64,000 nt of DNA from an uncultured Clostridia bacterium. GTDB lineage: Bacteria > Bacillota > Clostridia > Christensenellales > CAG-917. Positions 32,682-42,107 of this stretch are shown piece after piece. Where the stretch lies: positions 88,504 to 152,503 of the forward strand of contig CALVKR010000004.1 of the NCBI GenBank assembly GCA_944332995.1, in the 5' to 3' direction. Numbering within the stretch: position 1 is the first letter of the stretch; each line of letters starts with the position of its first letter. The translations under genes and the position numbers were made by a program. The notes beneath the pieces were generated by a model. The model searched no databases and was not told the DNA's origin. It saw nothing but the letters and a program-made list of their open reading frames with translations.

Positions 32682-33689
32682 GTGAGCACTTCAAGAAGCA
32701 AAGTCTTTCTTATATATCTCATAATGATTTTTATCACGCTCTTTATAAGAGTGGGATTTGCTTTCAATACCTCGCTCGGCGAAACGGAAGCGGACGTAGT
32801 GTTTACCGTATGCGTGCAGATAGTAACTTTCGGAATTATCCCCTTTACCCTATATTCGCTCTTGGTTTCAAAGAGCGCATTAGGCACCTTTAAAGACTTT
32901 GGCTTCGTCAAAAAAGTGAGCTGGAAAAATTGGCTGATAACTCTTGCGCTCGCCCTGTTGACGACTTTTGTAGCCACCTTCGTTTCGGTGTTTTGGCATA
33001 CCGTTTTAAATCTCATCGGTTTTAACTATTCGCCGTCGGATACCGATTATTCGAGCGTCGGCGTACTGTTTTTGCAGATACTGCTTGTAGCCATACTGCC
33101 TGCCGTATTCGAGGAAACGACGCACAGAGGTCTGCTGTTTGCGGCGTTCAAAGGCAACAGAGAAAACAACGGCGTATTTATCGTGCTGATAACCGCACTG
33201 CTGTTTGCCCTTATGCATCAAAATATACGTCAGACGGGTTACACGTTTTTCGACGGCGTCATAATGGGACTTGTTTGCTATTACACGGGAAGCATTTATC
33301 CGACGATTGTCATGCACTTTTTAAACAATTTCTTTTCTGTCATGGAAGGCTACGCCGCAGATAACGGCGGATATATTTTCGCTTTCGTCAACCGTGCCTA
33401 TGACTTTTTGCTGTCGAGCGTCGTCGGACTTGTCATCTTCGTCGTGCTCGTCATAGCGGCGGCAATAGGAATTTTCTTCCTTTTAAGACTTATGAAAAAA
33501 CTGACGGAAAAAGAAAGAAAAAAGGCGGAGCCTCAGACTGCGAGCGACGATATTTACAGCGACAGCTTCGTCGCCCTGCCCGCCCTCAAAAAAGGATTTG
33601 ACAAAAAGACGGACGTATATCTTGTCATCGTCGCTTTGCTGGGAGCCTTTGCCACCCTCTTCACGTTGATTTGGGGACTAATAAGATAA
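32682..33689 (+). CDS. CPBP-family intramembrane glutamic endopeptidase (tandem paralog)
   Basis: FEETTHRG, FALMHQN, HFLNNF. GTG start with a GAGAGG SD. Confidence 0.8.
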   Translation: MSTSRSKVFLIYLIMIFITLFIRVGFAFNTSLGETEADVVFTVCVQIVTFGIIPFTLYSLLVSKSALGTFKDFGFVKKVSWKNWLITLALALLTTFVATFVSVFWHTVLNLIGFNYSPSDTDYSSVGVLFLQILLVAILPAVFEETTHRGLLFAAFKGNRENNGVFIVLITALLFALMHQNIRQTGYTFFDGVIMGLVCYYTGSIYPTIVMHFLNNFFSVMEGYAADNGGYIFAFVNRAYDFLLSSVVGLVIFVVLVIAAAIGIFFLLRLMKKLTEKERKKAEPQTASDDIYSDSFVALPALKKGFDKKTDVYLVIVALLGAFATLFTLIWGLIR

Positions 33690-33865
33690 AAAATTTTATT
33701 TTAAATAAACGTAATTCAATCAAGCTTTTTTAAATCAAAAAGCGTAAATCTTAGATAAACAACGCATATCAGATAGAAATTATACTCAATAAGCATTTAT
33801 TGCATTTAAAAGACAGGCATATAAAGTGTAATAAAGTCGGATATTCGTTTTATGGCAGGTCATTT

Positions 33866-34321
33866 ATGAAAATAAATTTTGTCACGGTGGGAAAAATCAA
33901 AAGTCCGTTTAAAGAGGGAGTGGACGAATACGTCAAACGGCTTACCAGATTTGCCACGGTCAGCGTAACGGAGCTTGCCGAGGCAAGCCCGTCAAAATCG
34001 GAAGCGGAACAGATTGCCTTTGAAGGAGAAGAAATTCTTCCTAAAATGAAAGGTTATAGCGTCGTATGCGACGTGGCAGGAAAACAGATAGATTCCGTCG
34101 CCCTCGCCTCGCTCGTCAAGGAAAAATCAAACGGCGGCGAAAGCGAATTTACGTTTGTTATAGGCGGCTCTTACGGAATATCGAAGGCGGTAAAGGACAG
34201 AGCGGACTTTTTGCTGTCCTTTTCAAAAATGACATTCCCCCATCAGCTTTTCAGAGTTATGCTTTCCGAACAGGTTTACAGGGCAATGACGATTTTAAAC
34301 AATATGCCCTATCATAAATGA
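33866..34321 (+). CDS. rlmH: 23S rRNA (pseudouridine1915-N3)-methyltransferase
   Basis: MKINFVTVGKIKSPFKEGVDEYVKRL..FVIGGSYG..LSFSKMTFPHQL. I chose the internal ATG 33866 over the start at 33800. Confidence 0.85.
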   Translation: MKINFVTVGKIKSPFKEGVDEYVKRLTRFATVSVTELAEASPSKSEAEQIAFEGEEILPKMKGYSVVCDVAGKQIDSVALASLVKEKSNGGESEFTFVIGGSYGISKAVKDRADFLLSFSKMTFPHQLFRVMLSEQVYRAMTILNNMPYHK

Positions 34322-34428
34322 TTTGCTTAATATAAACCGTCAGACTGTTTTGCGAAAAATTTGCAGGTAAAATTTTTACGTTACTTTAGTGTATTTTTTT
34401 ATGCAAAAAATTTAGCTTTTATATAAAC

Positions 34429-34455
34429 TAAAAACCGCCCAAAGGCGGTTTTTGA
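34429..34455. terminator. bidirectional intrinsic terminator (rlmH / glnS)
   Basis: AAAAACCGCC-CAAA-GGCGGTTTTT. Confidence 0.75.
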
Positions 34456-34519
34456 TTGAACGCAAGATTTTAATCGAGTTTTAAATTTGCCATTTTTATT
34501 TTAAATATACACTTACACA

Positions 34520-36127
34520 TCAGCCTTTATAGCTGTCTTTGAGTGCCACGATAGAGCCGTAGGCGTTTTTAGCTTCTTTGACAAAATAGCCTTGACGCAA
34601 AAATTGGAATCTTTCGCCGACTTTCGCCTTTGACAAAAACTCCTCCGCTTTGGCGTTTACCGTTTTGAGGGAATCGGGGTTTAGTCTGTCGTTGAAATCT
34701 CCCTCGCCGTCAAGGATAAGGCTGTCGTATACATGCACGGTGACGTCGCTCGCTTTTGAAGCATTCACCCAATGGATAGTGCCCTTAACCTTAATATTGG
34801 CGTTGGCTCCTCCCTGCTTGCTGTCCTCTATCATCTCAACGTGCACGCACTTGACCTCGTCGCCCTCCGTTTCGACGGATTTGTATTTGACGATATAGGC
34901 GCCCTTAAGACGGACCATTCCGTCCGGTTTAAGACGGAAATATTTCGGGGGCGGATTGAGCGAAAAGTCCTCTTTTTCGATATAGAGTTCTTTTGCAAAG
35001 GTTGCCTTGTGGGTGCCGGCTCCCTCTTTTTGCGGATTGTTTTCAATCTCGACGACGTCTTCCGCTCCGTCGGGATAATTGTCTATGACGAGTTTTAAAG
35101 GATTTAAAACGCACATTGCCCTTGTGGCGTTTTCGTTGAGATTTTCCCTGACGCAATGCTCGAGCATAGCCATATCCACCTCGCTGTTGGATTTAGCCAC
35201 GCCTATCCTCGAACAGAAATCTCTTATCGCTTCGGGGGGATAGCCCCTTCTTCTTATTCCCGAAAGAGTGGACATTCTCGGGTCGTTCCAGCCGTCCACT
35301 ACTTTTTCTTCCACGAGCTTTTTTAGATATCTCTTGCTCATGACCGTGCGGTTGATGTTGAGCCTTGCAAACTCTATCTGTCTCGGCTTCTTTTCAAAAT
35401 CGCAGTTGTTGACAAACCAGTCGTAAAGCGGACGGTGGTCTTCAAACTCGAGCGAGCAGAGCGAGTGAGTTATTCCCTCAAAAGCGTCCTCTAACGGGTG
35501 AGCAAAGTCATACATGGGATAAATGCACCACTTATCCCCCGTGCGGTGGTGCGAGGTGTGCAACACTCTGTATATGACGGGGTCTCTCATATTTATGTTG
35601 GGCGCCGCCATGTCTATTTTTGCTCTTAGCACCTTTTCGCCGTCGGCGTATTTGCCCTCTTTCATTTCCGTAAAGAGTTTCAGGTTTTCCTCAATGCTTC
35701 TGTTTCTGTAAGGCGACTCTATACCGGGCGTGGTGAGCGTGCCCCTCGTGCGGCTTATTTCCTCTGCGGAAAGGTCGCAGACGTATGCCAGCCCTTTTTT
35801 AATCAATAGCACGGCTTTTTCATACATTTTATCAAAGTAGTCGGAAGCGTAAAGCTCTCTGTCCCACTTATAGCCGAGCCACTTTATATCCTCTTTTATC
35901 GATTCGACGTATTCGACGTCCTCTTTGGACGGATTGGTATCGTCGAAACGCAGATTGCACTCACCCCCGAATTTTTCGGCAATACCGAAGTTTATCGTTA
36001 TCGCCTTGGCGTGTCCAATGTGAAGATAGCCGTTGGGCTCGGGCGGGAAACGGGTGATGATTTTTTTGTGTTTGCCCGTTTCTAAATCGTGAACTATGAT
36101 GTCTTCAATAAAATTGCTCGATTCCAT
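34520..36127 (-). CDS. glnS: glutamine--tRNA ligase
   Basis: [32 protein letters not shown]..; C-terminal anticodon-binding barrels. GAGG SD. Confidence 0.9.
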   Translation of the reverse strand: MESSNFIEDIIVHDLETGKHKKIITRFPPEPNGYLHIGHAKAITINFGIAEKFGGECNLRFDDTNPSKEDVEYVESIKEDIKWLGYKWDRELYASDYFDKMYEKAVLLIKKGLAYVCDLSAEEISRTRGTLTTPGIESPYRNRSIEENLKLFTEMKEGKYADGEKVLRAKIDMAAPNINMRDPVIYRVLHTSHHRTGDKWCIYPMYDFAHPLEDAFEGITHSLCSLEFEDHRPLYDWFVNNCDFEKKPRQIEFARLNINRTVMSKRYLKKLVEEKVVDGWNDPRMSTLSGIRRRGYPPEAIRDFCSRIGVAKSNSEVDMAMLEHCVRENLNENATRAMCVLNPLKLVIDNYPDGAEDVVEIENNPQKEGAGTHKATFAKELYIEKEDFSLNPPPKYFRLKPDGMVRLKGAYIVKYKSVETEGDEVKCVHVEMIEDSKQGGANANIKVKGTIHWVNASKASDVTVHVYDSLILDGEGDFNDRLNPDSLKTVNAKAEEFLSKAKVGERFQFLRQGYFVKEAKNAYGSIVALKDSYKG

Positions 36128-36134
36128 ATAAACC

Positions 36135-36500
36135 TCAATGTCCGCAGGTGTGCGGAAATACTATATCTTTTGAATATACGCTCATAAAGCCGCCGCCGTT
36201 TTTAAACCCGAATTTTTCCAGCCTGTCGTCCTCTTTTTCTATAACGACGGTATAGTCGTTGAGCGACAGCTTGAAAAGCAGAGTCCTGAAAAAGAAGTCC
36301 TTGTTTTCTTCGAGGTCGAAGTCGGGCAAAAGTTTAAACTCGGCTATCTTTACCACGTCGGAAATTTCCATACGGCAAAAACCTATCGGCTTGTCGTTTT
36401 CAAGCAAAACGAAATTTGCTCCGCATACGTCCCTGTCGCTGAGAGCGGTATAAAGCGGAGTCAAAATTTTTTCGTCTGTCGTAAAAATGACCTGTTGCAT
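36135..36500 (-). CDS. small hypothetical protein, possibly GNAT-like
   Basis: 121 aa from [10 protein letters not shown]... The C-terminal ..RLEKFGFKN.. is reminiscent of GNAT beta6-beta7. It is 7 nt upstream of glnS. The family call is weak. Confidence 0.5.
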   Translation of the reverse strand: MQQVIFTTDEKILTPLYTALSDRDVCGANFVLLENDKPIGFCRMEISDVVKIAEFKLLPDFDLEENKDFFFRTLLFKLSLNDYTVVIEKEDDRLEKFGFKNGGGFMSVYSKDIVFPHTCGH

Positions 36501-36506
36501 ATCTAA

Positions 36507-36535
36507 ATAATAATATCGCCGTGGCAGATTGTCAA
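36507..36535 (-). promoter_or_regulatory. sigma-A promoter positioned for a leaderless transcript (small gene and glnS)
   Basis: Minus sense TTGACA, 17 nt, TATTAT, then 6 nt (TTAGAT) and the ATG at 36500. No SD. Confidence 0.6.
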
Positions 36536-36572
36536 CTCCGTCACGGCCGTCACAATTTGTTTTTATCAAATT

Positions 36573-38822
36573 TTAAAATATCTCGAGCGCTTCGAGCATT
36601 GCGCTTTTTACGTCGCATCTGAGCAGCGAACGCTTTACCGCCGCCCTTGCTTTCTCTACCGTATCCGCCTTTTTGATTGACTTAAAGAGCAGGTGCCTTA
36701 AAGGTATGAATATGTGATAATCCTGCATTATGTCGATAAGCCTTTCTTTGAAATCTTTGGGCGCACTCTCTTTGATTTCCTCAAGCGTTATCTTGTGCGA
36801 GCCGCCGTCAAGCGTTATGCCGTTAAGCTCTGCGCTTTTTGAATCCACTTTAACCAAAGCGCTATCTACTCCGATAAACTTTACAGTCTGCGCTTTAAGT
36901 CCCTTTAAATCGGAAAGGATATCCAATTCCGCCTTGCCGTCCCGGTAGCTGAGCTTATATTCTATCTTGCCCTTTTCGTCTATCAATGTATAGGAATTGT
37001 TTCCGGGCGTGACGTAAACGGTGAGGTCTTCGTAGTCGAGTTTGTTTTGCGTGCCGTCCGTGAGCGTGGGGACTATCGCCCCCTCTTTGAGCAGAACGGG
37101 TATGCCGGAAGTCTTTCTCCACAGCTTCAAAGTTTTTGCGCCCTTATAGCGGTCGCCCGTGAAAAGGTCAATCCATACGCCGTCGGGGAGATAGGTTTTT
37201 ACGCCCGCCCTGTTGAACGGCGCTCTTATCTTGCTCGTTATCGGGTTTACTATAATCTCGCTGCCGAAATAATATTCGTTTTTCACCTTATACGCGGCTT
37301 TGTCTTTATGTTTATAATACATCGGCGTCATAAGAGGGACGCCTTGAGCGTGCGTAAGATAGTTTGCCGTGTTTATATAAGGCAAAAGCGAGTGACGGAG
37401 CCTCAAAAACTCCTCGGCGGTTTCTGCGACGTCACGGCGATACAGCCACGGCTCTTTGCCCGTGAAATCGCCCGACGAACTGTGAAGCCTGTTTATGGGC
37501 GAGAACACTCCGAATTGAAGCCACCTTAAATACAGCTCGTCGTCGCCCTTGCCGAATATATGACCGCCAATGTCGTGCGACCACCAGGTATATCCTACGT
37601 TTGACGCCGTCACGGTAAAATAAGGTTGAAATTTAAGACTTTTCCACGCCACGATACAGTCGCCCGAAAAACCGAGCGGATAGCGGTGCGAGCCTATGCC
37701 GGCGTATCTCGAAAGAATGAGTCCGTCGCCGTTTGCCTTGCTGTCGAGAAAATGATAGTGGTTTAAAGCCCAAAGAGGGTCAAGCCCTTTCATTTTGGAC
37801 TTCGTGCCCTGCTGCCAGTCTATCCACCAAAAGTTTACGCCGTCCTTTTCGTAAGGGCGATGAAGAACGTCGAAATAACTCTCCAAAAACTTTTTGTCGG
37901 TCAAATCAAATTCAACAGTCTTTTTTGTGGCAGGGTCTATGCCGTTGGCTTTCGCCATTTCCTCATAAGGAGCCTCAAAAGCTCTCACTCCGTCACGAGG
38001 GTGAAGATTGAGTGTCACGGCAAGCCCCATATCGTGCAAGCTCTTTAAAAATCTTTTGTAATCGGGAAAAAGTTTTTCGTTCCAGGTATAGCCCGTCCAG
38101 CCTGCCCCCTGCAAAGGATTTGACGCCTTGTATTCCTTGGGGACGTCGGAAACGATGTGCCAATCCATATCCACTGTAGCAACGGTGAGCGGCACTTTTT
38201 CCTCTTTAAACTTTTTCATGAGGGCAAGATAACTCTCTTCCGAATAGGGATAATACCTTGACCACCAGTTTGAAAGAGCGTATTTGGGAAGAAGCGGCGG
38301 ATAACCCGTCAGGGAAAAGAAGTCTTTTAAACAGCCGATATAGTCGTCGCCGTAGGCGAAAATATAATAATCTTCGCCACTTCTTTTAAAGAGCGTTCCG
38401 TCCTCGTTTAGGGCAAGCGACTTTGAGTCGTCATAAATCGAAACGCCGCCCTTTGCCATAAGACCGTCGGGCAGCTTGACGGCTCCGAGCCTGAAATCAA
38501 GCGTGCGAACCGTTCCCTTTAAATTGCCCCTGTCGCTGAGGTTTTTGTTTTTTACTTTATCGAAAATTTTGACGGTTTTCAAAACGTTGTCATAGCTGAA
38601 TTTAACATATTCCGTTTCGATAACCGCTCCGCACTTTTTTTGCACAACGCTAAACTGCGGTCTGCCCCAGTTGCGGCTTATCACCGCCTGAGTGGGATTG
38701 TCGCAAAATTTACCTATCTCCACCCTGAAAAGCCTGTCGGAGATAACGGTAATGCGATAATCTTTATTAGAGACGATTTTGCTTTCGTCTGCTTTTTCGA
38801 TAGATATTTTAAATCTTTCCAT
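36573..38822 (-). CDS. glycoside hydrolase family 31 (alpha-glucosidase/alpha-xylosidase-like)
   Basis: VATVDMDWH, GVNFWWIDWQQG, HRYPLGFSGD, WWSHDIGGH. The start could be ATG 38822 or TTG 38828, and neither has a clear SD. Confidence 0.85.
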   Translation of the reverse strand: MERFKISIEKADESKIVSNKDYRITVISDRLFRVEIGKFCDNPTQAVISRNWGRPQFSVVQKKCGAVIETEYVKFSYDNVLKTVKIFDKVKNKNLSDRGNLKGTVRTLDFRLGAVKLPDGLMAKGGVSIYDDSKSLALNEDGTLFKRSGEDYYIFAYGDDYIGCLKDFFSLTGYPPLLPKYALSNWWSRYYPYSEESYLALMKKFKEEKVPLTVATVDMDWHIVSDVPKEYKASNPLQGAGWTGYTWNEKLFPDYKRFLKSLHDMGLAVTLNLHPRDGVRAFEAPYEEMAKANGIDPATKKTVEFDLTDKKFLESYFDVLHRPYEKDGVNFWWIDWQQGTKSKMKGLDPLWALNHYHFLDSKANGDGLILSRYAGIGSHRYPLGFSGDCIVAWKSLKFQPYFTVTASNVGYTWWSHDIGGHIFGKGDDELYLRWLQFGVFSPINRLHSSSGDFTGKEPWLYRRDVAETAEEFLRLRHSLLPYINTANYLTHAQGVPLMTPMYYKHKDKAAYKVKNEYYFGSEIIVNPITSKIRAPFNRAGVKTYLPDGVWIDLFTGDRYKGAKTLKLWRKTSGIPVLLKEGAIVPTLTDGTQNKLDYEDLTVYVTPGNNSYTLIDEKGKIEYKLSYRDGKAELDILSDLKGLKAQTVKFIGVDSALVKVDSKSAELNGITLDGGSHKITLEEIKESAPKDFKERLIDIMQDYHIFIPLRHLLFKSIKKADTVEKARAAVKRSLLRCDVKSAMLEALEIF

Positions 38823-38913
38823 AAACAATGCTTTGATTCGTCTTTCAAGCCGCTAAATTTAACGCTTTTTTAGACGCCTTTAAACTTGATTATACGCCGT
38901 GCCTAAGCGGAAT

Positions 38914-39474
38914 TTATTTAAAGAGAATTGCCAAAAATCTGCAAGGCTTTCCGCCCGTGGCAATCATACCGTGCGGTTGAGAGCTGTCGTAAAACACCGT
39001 ATCGCCCTCGTTTAAAACGTCGGTGTGACCGTTGATGACGACCTTAAGGCTGCCCTCTAAGATATAATCCATTTCCTGCCCCTCGTGGGTGGAAAGTGCG
39101 ATTTCTTTATCCTGTTCGTCCTTATTGAAAGGCGCGACTACCTCGAACGGCTCGCCCAGCCTGCCTCTGAAAGTGGAAGCGAGGTGCTGATAGCTGAAAC
39201 TTTGACGCCTTTCAACTTTGAGACCTTCGCCTTTTCTTACTATACTGTATCCTTTAAGTTTTGGCGTGTGTCCCGCAAAAAGCGCGGTGACGTCCACGCC
39301 GAGACGGTCGGCGCACTTACAGAGCATAGTGACGCTGAAATCCACCTTGCCCTCTTCGTAGCGAGCGTATTCCTCTTTTGTCATAGAGCAAACGTTTGCC
39401 ATTTCTTCAACAGAAACCTCTTCGATTTCTCTTAAGCCTTTTAATCTTTCTGCTATTTCCAATGTGTTTGACAT
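38914..39474 (-). CDS. XRE-family HTH regulator with a C-terminal cupin domain
   Basis: N-terminal IAERLKGLREIEEVSVEEMANVCSMTKEEYARYEEGK. The C-terminal cupin is GQEMDYILEGSLKVVINGH..GDTVFYDSSQPHG. Confidence 0.85.
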   Translation of the reverse strand: MSNTLEIAERLKGLREIEEVSVEEMANVCSMTKEEYARYEEGKVDFSVTMLCKCADRLGVDVTALFAGHTPKLKGYSIVRKGEGLKVERRQSFSYQHLASTFRGRLGEPFEVVAPFNKDEQDKEIALSTHEGQEMDYILEGSLKVVINGHTDVLNEGDTVFYDSSQPHGMIATGGKPCRFLAILFK

Positions 39475-39491
39475 ATTTAGCCTCCGTGTCG

Positions 39492-39521
39492 ATTATATAA
39501 CGCTTTTAATAAAATTGTCAA
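39492..39521 (-). promoter_or_regulatory. candidate sigma-A promoter of the XRE-cupin gene
   Basis: Minus sense TTGACA, 18 nt, TATAAT. A GGAGG SD follows. Confidence 0.5.
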
Positions 39522-39724
39522 TATAGTGATTGATGTAAAATGACAAAGGCATTTTATCAATCGGGCGTATTTTGAAATTATATGAGATATAATATACCAC
39601 GTTTGTTAAAAAATCATTTATTTTTCTAATGATTTATATTTTTTATCGGGCGACAAGACGATTTATAATTTAAACTGTGATATTTTTTCTTTGGACAGTT
39701 TATGATACTTTTAGTTTTATAAAC

Positions 39725-39758
39725 AAAAAAGGACTGCAACGCAGTCCTTTTCGTTTTT
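39725..39758. terminator. bidirectional intrinsic terminator after the purine permease
   Basis: AAAAAAGGACTGC-AAC-GCAGTCCTTTTCGTTTTTT. Confidence 0.75.
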
Positions 39759-39769
39759 TGTTCTTTGGA

Positions 39770-41518
39770 TTATACCGTCGTCATCAAGAATCTCAAGACG
39801 AACAACAGGGAGATAACCAAAATGAGCAAGTCTCCGCCGAGGAAATCGCCGTAGACCTTTTTGGTGTCCTTGGCTTTTTTGTTCTTTGCGGCTCTTTCGG
39901 CCTTTTCTTCTTCGGTGAGTTCGACGGTTTCAAAGCCGTAGTATGCCTTGATACCCTCTTTGCCCGAAGTCAATACTTTGAAGAACTTCAAGATTGTGTA
40001 GGCGATAAGACCGATACCGATGCCGTTTGAAATAGAGTAAGAAAGCGGCATCATAATAACGATTAAGAATGCGGGGATTGTAATAGTCATGTCTTTGAAG
40101 TCGATATCTTTAATGCTTCCGAGCATCAACACGCCGACGTAGACAAGAGCCGCAGAAGTAGCCGCCGAAGGAATGATTGAAGCGAGCGGGCTTAAGAACA
40201 TAGCGATGATGAACAAGAAAGCAACGACAAGCGAGCTGAATCCCGTTCTTGCGCCTGCGGAAACACCGGAAGCCGATTCGACGAACGTGGTGACGGTGGA
40301 AGTGCCGACGACTGCGCCGGCGACGGTGGCGATAGAGTCAGACCAAAGACATTCTTTGATTTTTTGAGGAACGCCGTTCTCGTCCAAAAGTCCCGCTTCC
40401 GTTGCGGTGCCTTGGAGAGTTCCGAGCGTATCGAACATATCGATAAGACAGAAAGTGATAATCAAGATAACAAGGTCGAGAGCAACGTCAGCCGTCCAAT
40501 ATTGGAAACCGAGGAAGCCACGGCCTATGCTGTAGTTGCCGAAGTTTTCAAATGCGGTAATCGGGCTGGGAAGTCCGTTAGTAAACGCGCTGAAAGCCGC
40601 ATCATTGCCGATATTGAAGAGATAATACAAAAGCGTGCCGGCAACGATTGCAATTATGACGTTAGCACTTGCAAATGCTTTGCCTACTTTATTGTTTTTG
40701 CCGAAGTATCTCAAAATACCCATGATGAGCAACGTGATAAAGCTGATTAAAATAGGCGAAATAGAATACCATGTTGCTCCGCCGTTGTATACGTTGAGGT
40801 TACCCAAAGCAGAAACGGTGTAGGGGCTTGCCACGATAACGCCGGCATTTTGGAAACCGATATAGGCAATAAACAGACCGATACCTGCCGAAATTGCCTT
40901 TTTGAGGCCCATGGGGATTGCTTTTGCAATCTTTTCACGAAGTCCCGTAAGCGAGATGAGCAAGAAGAGGAGACCTGCCACAAAGATGACGGCAAGACCT
41001 GCCTGATATTGAGCCTCAACTCCGTCGACGATACTGTGGCCGAGAGCACCTGCCATAAATACCGTGCAGAAGAATGCGTTAAGTCCCATACCCGGAGCTT
41101 GGGCATAAGGCATTCTGGCAAGAAGCGCCATAAGAAGCGTTCCGATTATTGCGCCGATAGCCGTGCCGATAAAGATACCGCTTCTGAGCGACGCCAAAAT
41201 TGTCACTTCTGACGTATAGATGCCGTCAAGATAGTCGCCTAACATCGACGTGGGGTTGACGAACAAAATGTAGCACATTGCAAAGAACGTGGTCACACCG
41301 CCGACGATTTCAGCACGGAAGGAAGACTGTCTTGCAGAAATCTGGAAGAAATTGTCGAGAGACGCAACAAACTTGTTTTTGGGTTTTGCGGCTACTTCAC
41401 CTTGAGCGGTGACTTCGCCTTCAGCTGCGGCATTCTCTTGTACTTCTTCGGTTTCTGCGGCTTTGACGTCTTGAACCTTGGTTTCTTCTACGTTCGGTTC
41501 TTGTTTCATTTCTGTCAT
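39770..41518 (-). CDS. NCS2/AzgA-type purine (guanine/hypoxanthine/adenine) permease with N- and C-terminal extensions
   Basis: FFQISARQSSFRAEIVGGVTTFFAMCYILFVNP is the AzgA/PbuG N-terminal signature. There is an acidic 45-aa N-tail and an extra charged segment plus a TM at the C-terminus. A guanine riboswitch lies upstream. Confidence 0.85.
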   Translation of the reverse strand: MTEMKQEPNVEETKVQDVKAAETEEVQENAAAEGEVTAQGEVAAKPKNKFVASLDNFFQISARQSSFRAEIVGGVTTFFAMCYILFVNPTSMLGDYLDGIYTSEVTILASLRSGIFIGTAIGAIIGTLLMALLARMPYAQAPGMGLNAFFCTVFMAGALGHSIVDGVEAQYQAGLAVIFVAGLLFLLISLTGLREKIAKAIPMGLKKAISAGIGLFIAYIGFQNAGVIVASPYTVSALGNLNVYNGGATWYSISPILISFITLLIMGILRYFGKNNKVGKAFASANVIIAIVAGTLLYYLFNIGNDAAFSAFTNGLPSPITAFENFGNYSIGRGFLGFQYWTADVALDLVILIITFCLIDMFDTLGTLQGTATEAGLLDENGVPQKIKECLWSDSIATVAGAVVGTSTVTTFVESASGVSAGARTGFSSLVVAFLFIIAMFLSPLASIIPSAATSAALVYVGVLMLGSIKDIDFKDMTITIPAFLIVIMMPLSYSISNGIGIGLIAYTILKFFKVLTSGKEGIKAYYGFETVELTEEEKAERAAKNKKAKDTKKVYGDFLGGDLLILVISLLFVLRFLMTTV

Positions 41519-41569
41519 AGAAAACCTCCAAATTGAGTAAGATATAAATTAAAACGCCAAAACAATAAC

Positions 41570-41600
41570 AAAAAAAAACATAAAGCACGCAGCTGCGTGC
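41570..41600 (-). terminator. riboswitch expression-platform terminator
   Basis: Minus sense GCACGC-AGCT-GCGTGC followed by TTTATGTTTTTTTTT. Confidence 0.8.
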
Positions 41601-41618
41601 ATTCAAAATTTCAAACCG

Positions 41619-41685
41619 CTCAATAGTCAAACATTTAAGGTGTTTGGTAGAAACTTGGAACCGTATTTTCCTAATTATATTGGCT
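41619..41685 (-). promoter_or_regulatory. purine riboswitch aptamer, guanine (C74) class
   Basis: Minus sense CAAUAUAAU-UAGGAAAAUACGGUUCCA-AGUUUCUACC-AAACACCUUAAAUGUUUG-ACUAUUG. It is colinear with B. subtilis xpt UAUAAUCGCGUGGAUAUGGCACGCAAGUUUCUACCGGGCACCGUAAAUGUCCGACUAUG. P1 is CAAUA/UAUUG, P2 is GGAA/UUCC and P3 is CAAAC/GUUUG. Confidence 0.85.
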
Positions 41686-41701
41686 TTTTAACTTCAATTT
41701 A

Positions 41702-41730
41702 ATTTTACTTTTTTTCTTTTATCTTGTCAA
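41702..41730 (-). promoter_or_regulatory. sigma-A promoter driving the riboswitch and permease
   Basis: Minus sense TTGACA, 17 nt, TAAAAT, about 20 nt upstream of P1. Confidence 0.65.
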
Positions 41731-42042
41731 CAATACAACAAAGCTAAAACGTGATTTTTTAATGTTTTTTTAAGCTTTTTTTAAAGTCTTCCATTATATG
41801 GAAATTTATTTCCGTTTGACTTTATTCAGCATCAAACTTCTCGTCCGTCAAAGACAACGCTCTTTTGCATTTTCTTTTGCTTAGTTCTCTTTTTCTTATC
41901 TTAAACGCAAAATTTTCGGACACAAGCTCTACTTTAAAACTTTATACATTAAAGATATGCCGTGCTTTAAGCCGTTGCCTTTTCTTAGAGTGATATTGCC
42001 TGCTTACCGTTGCCTATTTTTTATTTGATTTTAAGATTTTAA

Positions 42043-42071
42043 TTGAAATTTTTAATTTATTATTATATAAT
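42043..42071 (+). promoter_or_regulatory. sigma-A promoter of the SCP2/Fe-ADH operon
   Basis: TTGAAA, 17 nt, TATAAT. The ATG is 36 nt downstream, with a GGAGG SD. Confidence 0.6.
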
Positions 42072-42107
42072 AATCTTTAGTTACAGTATTTTATATCGGA
42101 GGTTTCA

